Assembly: GCF_006345805.1 (NCBI RefSeq)
Contig: NC_043001.1
Span: 98,084,001-98,148,000 of the forward strand
DNA: 64,000 nt
From: Octopus sinensis
Taxonomy: Eukaryota
Reading direction: 5' to 3'
Part shown: positions 48,521-60,052 of the stretch, piece by piece
Layout: each line of letters opens with the position of its first letter
Position numbering within the stretch: position 1 is the stretch's first letter
Position numbers and translations under genes: made by a program
Notes under the pieces: model-generated
What the model was told of the DNA's origin: nothing
What the model saw: the letters and a program-made list of their open reading frames with translations, nothing else
The model's database searches: none

Positions 48521-49530
48521 AAATGACTGAAACAAGTGAAAGAATAAAATAATACGTGTGTTTAGTTTAAGAACCACGTGTAATTATGTTCCATAATTCC
48601 TCCCCGACATTTTATGCCCTGCGGCAATATTAGAAGCAATTATTATTGTAATATTACTTTTTATAACTCTTTATTCTTTCTCTTTTACTCTTTTACTTGT
48701 GTCACGCTGAATCTTCCTGAGAACTACGTTAAGAGTACACGTGTCTGAGGAGAGCTGTCACTTACACGTTAATATCAAGAGCAGGCTGTTCCGTTGATCG
48801 GATCAACTGGAATCCCTGTCGTCGTAACCGACGGAGTGCCACGACTTATCACACAGCCGCTTTTACATCTACACGTATGTAAGAGATTTGCCAATGTTAC
48901 CAGATAAACTTTTCACTAAAGTACTCGCTAGAAACATATATAATACTGTGAATAATACTCCCCTCCATACATGGAGACATTCAAGTGAAACGAAGATTTG
49001 TTTCATAGATTTTTCTCATTTATTTGCATACACATCATTTTCACTTTCAAAATGGCCGCCAACTGCTAACGAAGAAAAACAATGGAAAACTATTTTCTCT
49101 CTTTTTATAGAACCTGAAAAATCTACGCATATAAATAATATTTTGATTCTTCTTTTACCTAAAGCTAGGCTTTCAAATTTTTCAATTCATTTCAGTTTTA
49201 CGTATTCATTTTATGGATACCATGTATATTGTTAAATTAATGGATACCCGTTAAATTCAGAAATGTGTGTATTTAGCTATTCACTTCGATGATAGATAAA
49301 TTTCTAACTATTTTATGTAACAGTTTACTATTTTATATTCTGGGGTAGAAAACGAAGTGCGTCTTTCGTAAGGAGCAGCTAACATAGTAAGAAACGTTTC
49401 GTTAACTGATTCAACCTTGAATTGTCACATATAGAGAAAAGCATATAGAGAATTGGTTAAAATATTATTTCATTTTCTGGTATGTTTCTATCATTTAAAT
49501 TTATTTCTCTACTCGGTCCTTCCTATTTCT

Positions 49531-49951
49531 TATTTTTATTTCTTCATTGCCCACGTGAGGCTACACATAGAGGGGGCAAGCAAGGACAGACAAAGGGATT
49601 AAGTCGATTACATCGATCCCTGTTCGTAACTGGTACTTAATTTATCGATCCCGAAAGGATGAAAGGCAAAGTCGACCTCGGCCGAATTTGAACTCAGAAC
49701 GTAACAGCAGACGAAATACCGATTCCTTTACTACCCACAAGGGGCTAAACACAGAGAGGACAAACAAGGAGAGACAAACGGATTAAGTCGATTATATCGA
49801 TATCAGTTCGTAACTGGTACTTAATTTATCGATACGAAAGGATTAAAGGCAAAGTCGACCTCGGCCGAATTTGAACTCAGAACATAACGGCAGACGAAAT
49901 ATCGCTTTGCATTTCACCCGGCGTGCTAACGGTTCTGCCAGCTCGCCGCCC
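49531..49951 (-). mobile_element. SINE family B dimer (one head, two bodies, 183-bp period) with perfect 20-bp TSD
   Basis: TSD ACTCGGTCCTTCCTATTTCT at 49511-30 and 49952-71; GTCGACCTCGG at 49671 and 49854. Confidence 0.9.
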
Positions 49952-50289
49952 ACTCGGTCCTTCCTATTTCTATTCGATCCTACCACGTTCCTTGTTTCCC
50001 CAACTCCCTTCTTTCCTCCTTCAAACACACCCAAAACCTACGTAACCTACAGGTTCATAATTTCTCATTCCCGTTCCCCACTCTCATGCATCCGGAATCC
50101 TTCGCTTACTCCAGACCCCGGTGCCACACCTGTCCGTTTATCACTAACACAACCTCCCTCAATGGAACCAACCGACACACTTTTCACCCCTGCGACACCT
50201 TCTCCTGTACCTCTTTTAACATCATCTATGACACTGCTTGTCAACCATAATTTACCCATTGATCATGACATCGAAATATCTACTATATC

Positions 50290-50428
50290 AAACATGTGTA
50301 GAGTATTACTGGATAAATACATAAAAGCTTGAAGAGTATATATATATATATATAATATATGATTCTAAAGTTTTGCATGTTCCGCTCTAAATCATTATTC
50401 GTATTCTCCAATAAATTTCCCATATTCT

Positions 50429-50480
<52 letters not shown>

Positions 50481-50495
50481 GCTAGCTATCTATCT
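50290..50495 (+). repeat. About 170-bp unit plus (TATC)n, repeated at 52385-52610 and partly again at 52643-52770
   Basis: CTGGATAAAT.CATAAAAGCTT.AAGAGTA..CATGTTCCGCTCTAA.TCATTATT..CAATAAATTTCCCATATT is shared. Confidence 0.8.
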
Positions 50496-50619
50496 ATCCC
50501 CATATCCATTCCCTATTTAAAAGATCCTATTATATTTTTTATAATGAAGCATTAGGAATTGTATTGAAAAATTGTTATATTTTTGTGTATTACAGAAGTA
50601 TGACTAAGTTATTGCAGTT

Positions 50620-50711
50620 AAATTTTAACGACAAAATCTTACATGGACCCTCCCCACGCAATGACCATATGGATTTCCAATGGCAATATGGATCCCGGTT
50701 GAGAACCACTG
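50620..50711. mobile_element. Possible single end of a hAT-type MITE
   Basis: Ends GGTTGAGAACCACTG, the reverse complement of the hAT/Charlie-like terminus CAGTGGTTCTCAAC; no partner end found. Confidence 0.35.
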
Positions 50712-50719
50712 GTCTATAG

Positions 50720-51340
50720 CCTCTAATGTACCCTTCATTATATGATCTATGGCCTCATATGCTGCACATCTAGCCACCGTCTAGTCGATAGACTTTCAGA
50801 GTATTAACTAGTCATCCGCCTGCAAAAAGTACCCCCATCACCCGTCGCTTTTGCTTGACCAAGCACTCCACCAAACACCTCACTGCCAACGGTCTGGCTT
50901 TACCCCTTGGAATCACCTCCAGCAGACTTCGTCAGTAACATTGGTACATTTTCACAATACGTTCTCACACACCGTTTCGACTTAACACAGCTCCTTCCTC
51001 CTTGTAACAGCTTTCAGCTTCCATTCCCCATCTCATTCTCCTGCCCTTTTCTTTTCTCTCTCTGTTTCTCTCTTACACACTACCACACGGACAACAGATA
51101 TATCTACTGCACCCAAACACCCACGCGCGCAGACACGAACTCACACACAATCCTACGCGCACATACAAACACATAAACATACACACTGTCACGCGGACTA
51201 ACATACACATCAATTAGTCTCTCGATCACACGTCCTACTACTGCTATATACCCTGCTGCCACTGACCTCTTAGATATATAAGCACAAACGCACACACTCA
51301 TATTCTATCTTCCGAAGCAATACTCCCAAATATACGAACA
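50720..51340 (+). mobile_element. Degraded Penelope-like GIY-YIG 3' fragment plus pLTR
   Basis: Frameshifted translation gives HRLVDRLSE..TPITRRFCLTKHSTKHLTANGL, resembling PLE RL..R..EH..P...HF...H. Confidence 0.5.
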
Positions 51341-51549
51341 CGTTAAAATGAATATTCCTGAGGATTACGCTAAGAGTACGTCTGTCCGTATAGTGCTCAG
51401 TCACTTGTACGTTAATTTCACCAGAAGGCTCTTCCGTTGACCGAATCAACTAGAATACTTGTCGTCATAACTGATGGAATGCCAGACATTTGTAAAACAT
51501 ACATCCCACTCCTATTCTTGAAAACAAAGGGTTTAGTTGTCCAAAAATT

Positions 51550-51986
51550 GGAAGACCCAAAGGAAGAAATTTCAGAGCTGTAATGGTTTACTGGAAAGAT
51601 AAAAAGATTGAGAAAAGACTAGCTATAATGAAAGGACTAACAAGAGTTAAAGTAAACCCCATGATATATGACAACGAAACAAAGACAGTATTATTGGAAT
51701 TTGAGACGGTAGATAAATTAATTGATTTGTTTCCAAGAACAGTTGTGTGCATCAGTCAGTACGTACGATATGACAGTTTACCCTGCGTTATAGAGCAGGA
51801 GCAACTACTTGATTACATTACTGACGAATACCCCGGATAGTATAACCGTAATTATAAGTGTAACTGCGAGCTTTGGGAGGCTCGTAAGCCATTTCATTTC
51901 ATATCATCTTTTGTGTTATGTGTGCCCCATGTCCTGTATTGTTATGTCCCCCTCTTCATTCAGGCTATATGCTTATAATAAAGAGA
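51550..51986 (+). mobile_element. 5'-truncated non-LTR insertion with 18-bp TSD, an open C-terminal frame and AATAAA end
   Basis: TSD TTTAGTTGTCCAAAAATT (51532-49) / TTTAGTCGTCCAAAAATT (51987-52004). The frame is open from 51550 (GRPKGRNFRAVMVYWKDKKIEK..LLDYITDEYPG*, stop at 51840); ends AATAAAGAGA. Confidence 0.75.
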
Positions 51987-52520
51987 TTTAGTCGTCCAAA
52001 AATTTGAGAAACTTTATGACCCAGAGTAGTTTGCATAATTAAAATCAAAATGAACGGAGGAAAATAATTGAAAGATATTGGGAGATTGAATTTGAATTAC
52101 AAAAACAAATAATGTCACGATACCGTGCAAGAAAAATTTGCTTTATTCAAATGCGAAATTTCAACTCTGAATAACAGTCACAACAGATATTATAATGAAT
52201 CACCGGGCTCGACTATGGGAAAATTTAGCCAATTTTCAATCTGGATTCATATTTATTTAATCATTCCCGAAAGAATGTCATACGTAATTTATCAGGCTAG
52301 TATTTGAAGTAAGAACAGCTCCAAATCAATGTTTATTATAACAATAACAATTAGAAATCATGATGACATGAAAATATTTACAATATTAAACATATGTGGA
52401 GTATAACTGGATAAATGCATAAAAGCTTAAAGAGTAGATAGATATCATATATGATTCCAGAGTTTTACATGTTCCGCTCTAAGTCATTATTTATATTCTT
52501 CAATAAATTTCCCATATTTT

Positions 52521-52601
<81 letters not shown>

Positions 52602-52701
52602 TTATCTATCAATATATATATATATATATATACATATACACATACATGTTCCACTCTAAATCATTATTTATATTCTTCAATAAATTTCCCATATTTTTCT
52701 T

Positions 52702-52755
<54 letters not shown>

Positions 52756-53406
52756 GATCTATCTATCTACACATACATGTGCATACATATACATACATGC
52801 ATATATATATATATATATATGTACGAGTGGCTGTGTGGTAAGTAGCTTCTGTGGCAGCTTGGGTAAGTGTCTTAACGATAACAGAAACTCCAGACAGTCA
52901 AACAGACGAGAGACGCTTATGTAAGTAAAAGATGTGTTTGACGTGCGAGTGATTTCCTGTTTTCTCTTTTTTTACTTAAATCACCAATAATTTTCCTTCG
53001 CTCGCGACATTTCTATAGAAGAATAATAATTCATCTGCTTTTTTAGTTTCACTCAAGAAAATAGATTAACATACCGCCATGCTAGAACTTTTCAAATGCT
53101 GTCAATATGAATGCGGAAGCCCTATTGAAGTCATGTTCTGGGAACCTGTTTACGAGTAAAATCGGCAATAATCTAGAAATTTTACTTTAGAATATAAAAG
53201 TAGATTTGAAGGAAATTGACAGTCAAGACGAGAAGACAAAGAAACAAAAAAGGAAAACAGATAAGAAAGGAAGAACCAGAAAATTAAAGCCAGAAAATGA
53301 AATCGAATTGATTGAATGATCGACAAAAGGATAGAAATGAATGATAGATAATTCCATCAAGTATAATCAATAGTTAGACATATATTCTGATAGAGTAAAA
53401 GTAATC

Positions 53407-53467
<61 letters not shown>

Positions 53468-55388
53468 GATTATCTAATATTAATATTATATATATGGGCG
53501 CACGAATACACGTGTATATAACTGTGCATATATAAAAATGTTATGATATGCAACGCATGCGTGTGTATATGTATATGCTAAAAAACAACTGCAACTTCTT
53601 ATAGATGTAAGTGTGTATGCATGTGTATATACGCATACATACATACATATATATTGTTATAAAGCTGTCTTCTGCCACTGTTGTATCTCTATTTGTACGA
53701 CAGTTGTCGCTCTGACAGATATTGTTATATTCCGATGTCGTCGATAGAATGTTACACTGTACCACCCCCAGTCGTACAGTGTTTTCCTCAAAGGGTTGGA
53801 TCGTTATACAGTACAATCAATATCACAGTATAATTATTATATCAGTACATGCACAACTATCAACACCCACTCGATACTAGCCTACGTCATCTTATAATGA
53901 CTGACTCATTCCACTCGTTACGTGAAAGGGGGTGTACAATTATTACTAATTTCTTACATCTCCCATTTAAAGTTTTTCTTAGGAAGAGTAATTTTATTTA
54001 GCAATAATATTTTCATTCATCCACCTTCCATTTTTGATTTTATTTTTTCGAACAATTTAATATTTTTTCTCTTGGCATCTATTTTGAGGAAGTATGTTTC
54101 CTTTTCCTTTTACTGCTACGCCTGGTTTCAATCACCTGCAGTGGCCTTGGTATTTGAAATGTATCGTACAGCCATTCCATGTGTTCCTCCAGTTTCTTTG
54201 GTTCGCTTTCCGGAAAGGTACATACATACACTCACAGATAGATACACAGTCACATAAAAAATGTGTTGTCGTCGTGGTATAAAATGTACAGTTGACAATA
54301 GAAATATTATACAAAATGTAATATTGTTTTAATCGAAATGATTATTATCTAAATGAAAGTAGAATTTCATATTGACACTGACCAGTCCTCACATACTTAT
54401 ATTATGTTTAGTAACGTACCTAACGCGGAAAGACACACGCACTGTGAAGTGTATACACACTCATACACTCACATATATTCACAGACAGATACACAGTCAT
54501 ATGCAAAATGTGACGTTGTGGTGGTGTGGTGGTAGTGGTGGTGGTGGTGGTTAGAATTAAAACTAAAAGTATAAAAGTGAAACAGTATATCACATTACAA
54601 TATAGATGTTATACTTTCACTTTTATTCTTTGACTTTCGACGTGTAATACCGAACCAGTGCCAATGTTGCTTTAATCCAAATGACGAAAAACATTACATG
54701 TTGACACTTACAGGGTCTGAGAGTATTACGATATAAAATTTGATTTGGTTGAGCCGTTTGAGAATACATTGGGAACAGAGAGTCAGAAGATTTTATATAT
54801 ACATATATACATACATATATACATATATACATACATATATACATGCATATATATATATATGTAAGTATGTATAGTTGTACATGACCCACACATATGCACA
54901 CAAACAAATAAACGCACGCACATATAGACACATGCATATATACGCAAATATGCACATATTTATATATTTTTGTTATCAATGACGTTTCAGCTTTAATTCC
55001 CTCGTATTTTTAGGTATCTAATTTTATGTTATCTAACATGGCTTTTCGATCTTTAAATAACGACGTGCGATTTGACTAAGACACGATTGCTATCTTATGT
55101 CGATCAATCGATCGTGGGGTGACTCATATATTTGCTTGTTGAGCCATGTTTAGGTGAATACACTAAAACTGGCATTCTTTTTTCACACGCATAAAGAACA
55201 ATATCATAAACTCAGCATTTGCAATACTAATTGATTGCATTTAATTTGCAAAAACGTAATAATATTTTCTACTGCCGAAGAATAGAAACAAACTGTCAGT
55301 AGATTTCCCAGGCTATTCTATTGGTTTTCTCCCCATTGACGGATGGAACTTATCGCTCACTCATTGTCCATCAGAAAATATACGTATC

Positions 55389-55621
55389 TATTTCTTTACT
55401 AACCACAAAGGGCTAAACACAGAGGGGACGAACAAGGACAGACAAACAGATTAAGTCGATTACACCGACCCCAGTGCGTAACTGGTACTTAATTTATCGA
55501 CCCCGAATGGATGAAAGGCAAAGTCGACCTCAGCGGAATTTGAACTCAGAACGTAACGGCAGACGAAATACGGCTACGCATTTCGCCCGGCGTGCTATCG
55601 TTTCAGCTAGCTCGCCGCCTT
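55389..55621 (-). mobile_element. Full-length SINE family B monomer with 16-bp TSD
   Basis: TSD AGAAAATATACGTATC (55373-88) / AGAAAATATATGTATC (55622-37). Confidence 0.9.
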
Positions 55622-58364
55622 AGAAAATATATGTATCATTTGACTACTCAGCAGCAACGGTTCACACAAAATAAAGTGATTGGAATCTGTTTGCGAGGTA
55701 CAATTTCAGCGTGTATCAGTTCCATTTCATGTTCGTCACTCTTTTGAGAGATCATGAATCTCATTTAAATTCTGTAAAATATATGGCCTGTTAACTATGT
55801 AATAAATTCTTATGTGTAGACAATATAAAGTATTTGAAAAGATAGAAAACGTTCAGGAGGTCCGTTGCTGAGATTTTTATGAGGTAATTCGATCCTCTGT
55901 TGAACAGATTAAATATCATTGTACTGTCACATATTTCCTCCTCTTTTAGTGGGGTGGTGCCAGAAGATCCACTTCAAATTTTCCAGCGAGTGAATTATGC
56001 TTTCCACTGAAATGGTTCTACTTTTATGCTTTAAGTTTCGATTGTAGTAATTTCGCTTCAATAACATTCTTGATGTCTTTGGAAATGTCATATTAACATT
56101 GTATTTACTTCAACCTCAATAAAAAAAGAAAACGCATGGAATACGAATAAAAATGTCATTCTTATTTATTGTTCTTGGCAATGGAAAAGTCAAGTCACAC
56201 ATTTTCTATGTTTATTTCTTTGTCTTGATAAAAAGACAAAATTAAAACCGAACACAAATGGATATAAAGAACTGCCGCGTGATAGTCAATTCAGTTACTT
56301 AGTATCTAAGATGACTCGAATGTTATAGTTCTAATGTATGTAATTGTTCATTATTAATATCGAGAATAGGAATCACTTGAAAAAATTAATTAACGGCATT
56401 TCAGGAACTTTAAAGTATTGTGGACGTCTTGTAATTGCTTGCATTCGTAGCCAGCGACACCGTGACCACTCATAAATGATCGCAAAGTTCTCAAGAATGA
56501 TTAGAACGGGATTAACGAAGCTCATATCGTTTCATAGATAATTATAATCAAATTTAATTAATAAAATGTGTACTTAAATAGGTCTCATCTATTTATAAGT
56601 TACATGGAGTTTCGACTTTAATTATCTAAGTTGGTCTTAATGAGGAAGTGTGTTACTCTATATTAGTTGATATTTCATTACTTCTACTAACTTCCAAATT
56701 GCATTATATACAAGTAAATATTGAAATACTATATTTCTAATATATAAACTCTAACATGAATAATTATTCAAATTAATTGTGCATTAAATAACAGACTTAA
56801 TTATGAGACCCACGAGTACACATTTACTTTTAACAACCTGCGATCATTAAAGTTGTTCAGAAGTGGAACTTTACATTTCGTTATCCTTTTCTACCCGATA
56901 AAATAATCCCCTTTCTTTTCTTTAACTGAGTTCTAGAAGACATTACGGTGTTGCATAAAAGGTAAAATCCTTCTTTCCATAATTTGCATTTGCTAAAAAT
57001 TACCCTAGGTGATTCCTATTCTTACCAAGGCATACAAACTTTAGGATTAAAACAAAGCGCTTAAAGCTAATTTATCGTTTATGCATTAATTAAACTGCTT
57101 ACAGCGGTAAACGTAACCTCCATTGAATAATTATGTATCCGACCAACAATCAGGTTATCGTACGCAGTTAAATATGCAATTATTATTAAACACATACACA
57201 CACGCTTTCTTTATTGATTCATTCCTTAGGCACAAAGGTAAACTTTACTGTAGCATGTGAACTTCTGACATTATTATCTTTCCACAAAGATGTTATCCTT
57301 AAAAGTGAATTGGCATCAACTAAAAAACGAAATCGGTTTGCGGTCTTTGTTCGAAAAATTGTTACCTGTTTGTTGTATGAAATTGGCATCCAAACAATAA
57401 TGGTGAAAAAGGTGTTGTCCGGGAAATATAGTTTTAAATACACTTATGGTAATGTTATCGTTGTCGCATGGTGAAATAAGGTAAAGGAGATAAAATGTTT
57501 TTTGATACCAAAGCAATAAATGTCTGGGTTAGTTTATCAACATGGTTACCAAAATGATTACGAAAAAAATATTGTTCTTCCATTTCCTAATTTATTTTGG
57601 TCATCGTATTTGCTAAAAATATCATACATTTTTCTATGCAAGCTTAAATGGTGAATGTTTTAAAACGAAACACTTACAAAAATAAATGTAATAAAATAAA
57701 ACGACGGCCTGAAGATGTATTTGTGATTATAGGAAAGCAACATGATAAAATTTAATTACGCGAAACATACAATTTGAATACCAACGCTCTGCTACTTTTA
57801 AAATTGCCTCGAGTATGATGCTGACAGCTTTGTACAGTGTGTAGTGTTAGATAAAACTTTATTCACTTAAAACATTTTAATGAACTGTGTATTTTCCTAA
57901 TTTGAAAATATTGCTGTATCGAGTGGCAGTAATTATTGAAGATATTGAAATATTAGCAAATAGCTACATGGGTAATATATCGCTCCTCGAATAAGAAGGT
58001 AGTTTGACTCCTTATTCACATCGTTAGAGGAGTAAAGGCGCTGCAAAGTACAAAGGAAACTTCGACAATTCAATCCCGTGACGTTCCTGATTTAAAATAT
58101 CTAATTTCACTTACGTTGTTAACATCACTGGAAAAGAGCATCCCTATTCTTTTCCAGTTCTTTTCATCACACCGAAAAAAAGAAACATTATTTACTACAG
58201 TACAAAGCTGTACTATTACAAATATTTCCGATCACAGACACAACTATTACATGTGAAACTGTATAAAAATCTTCCCGTAATAGGCCGAGCTTGCACAGTG
58301 GCCAGATATATGAAATAAATATCACAAATATATTCAAACGATCGAGTTGAAAGGAAGACGCATG

Positions 58365-58448
<84 letters not shown>

Positions 58449-58449
58449 T

Positions 58450-58730
58450 AACTTATAAATAAGGGCAAACGAAAAAATTTCTATTTACAAATATGCCGAA
58501 AATTGGACATATTGTCCATTACCATATAATTTTTCATAATACAATATGGTATTATGAAAAATTATATGGTAATGGACTATATATCCAATTTTCGGCATAT
58601 TTGGCAATAGAAATTTTTCGTTTGCGCTTATTTCTAAGTTGTTTATAATTTTAACCTTTAAAGGTATTTTTTTATATGCTGGCCATTGATAAAAAATTTT
58701 TCGAAAAAGAAATTTTATCCTACATTAAAT
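58450..58730. mobile_element. (TA)n-embedded element with about 90-bp-arm terminal fold-back
   Basis: Arms 58450-58542 and 58549-58640, loop AATATG. 58549-58730 is the reverse complement of the 7520-7690 family. Confidence 0.8.
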
Positions 58731-59378
58731 ATATATATATATATATATATAACATTCACATACAGCAGGGTATTTAAATATCACTTGCTATAAACGGACC
58801 CATCGCTCCAAAACCATCAATAACTTACGCACGGGCAATGCACCGAATATAGCAAAAACAGGCTTACCTTGCGTGGAATATAGAAGTAAGGAATATGTAT
58901 ATTTCAATATCAATTGGTTTCACCCTCCGTATGAAAAACCATATTTGAGCTCATCAATTGAAAATAATACGTTTAATATCTATTTCTGAAATATACATCA
59001 CATTATGTTTTTAAATTGTTAATATTTTCAGAGGGAAAAGAGTGATTTAAGGGTGATTTGGCTGTTGTTTCTAGCATGTACAAAGACAACCCACCTCGTT
59101 TCTTTATTACATTTATATGCTATAAAAAAGAAACTTTGAGAAATTATGAATTTTCTGCAACCCGACTCCTCGACCAAGATCGTTTCTGTTTAGAAATTCA
59201 AATATTTGAGAGCTTGGGAAATTCATTACTAGCATATATCTACAGTGGTTTTAAAAAATTACCAGAATATATTTGCATAGTAAGTGACTTAGTCTGAGAT
59301 CGTGTGCTGAAACAAAAACAATTGCAGCGTGGAAGGCGTTTGTAAGCCATCCAAGAACACAAAATCCGTTAGTTTCAA

Positions 59379-59631
59379 GGCACTACTTAAATAAAGAGGT
59401 CCCGATGCATCTACGTAACGATATGAAGGGGAGGGTTAATTTTAGAGTTAGTTTTTAGGGTTAGTCTTAAGGTTAGTTGTTAGGGTTAGTTAGGGTTAAG
59501 TTTAGAGCTAGGATGTCAAAACACGTCCACATAGCATACATTTAAAATGTTTTGTACGTAACACTTGTATTTAAGTAGTATCTCTGTATCTAAGCAGTAC
59601 CGTTATGGGACCGCTGTATTTATATATTACC
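59379..59631. mobile_element. 253-bp MITE with 8-bp TSD and degenerate GG..CC TIRs (Merlin-like), nested in the palindromic MITE family
   Basis: TSD AGTTTCAA at 59371-78 and 59632-39. Left end GGCACTACTTAAATA; three right-side TIR-like copies GTATTTAAGTAGTATC, GTATCTAAGCAGTACC, GTATTTATATATTACC. Internal TTAGGG-like tract. Confidence 0.65.
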
Positions 59632-59896
59632 AGTTTCAATTCAACGTTAGAAATTCATTTGTGTCAAAATATTTTCGTCGTTTTGAAACTGCGACCTGTT
59701 CAATGACAAAAACTTCACAAAAGTGATACAGCACGAAGTTTTGTCAGTGAGCACACACACACACACACATTAATTGCCTTTCATTTTTGTGTATGTGTAT
59801 CTATGTTTGAGCGGGAGTGAGTATTTGTGTGTGTGTGACTGTTGAAGTCGCTCCTGCAACTTGCTTCCTTATATAATGGCTTAGTGGTATAGAGTG

Positions 59897-60052
59897 TTTT
59901 AAATTCCGCCGAGGTCGACTTTGCCTTTCATCCTTTCGGGGTCGATAAAGTAAGTACCAGTCCACTGGGATCGATGTAATCGACTTAATTCGTTTGTCTG
60001 TCCTTGTTTGTCCACTCTGTGTTTAGCCCCTTGTTGGTAGTAAAGAAATAGG
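59897..60052 (+). mobile_element. 5'-truncated SINE family B
   Basis: AAATTCCGCCGAGGTCGACTTTGCCTTTCATCCTTTCGGGGTCGATAAAG..GTAAAGAAATAGG. Confidence 0.9.

Noticed and set aside
49531-49951. Regularly spaced repeats superficially like a CRISPR or tandem array
   Set aside because: Units are whole SINE bodies without unique spacers, in a eukaryotic context with no cas genes.
57214-57516. Three overlapping short ORFs in non-repetitive AT-rich DNA
   Set aside because: 66-86 aa, no domain, no splice support; consistent with random ORFs.
59430-59510. Interstitial telomere / chromosome fusion scar
   Set aside because: The tract is short, degenerate and internal to a TSD-flanked MITE.
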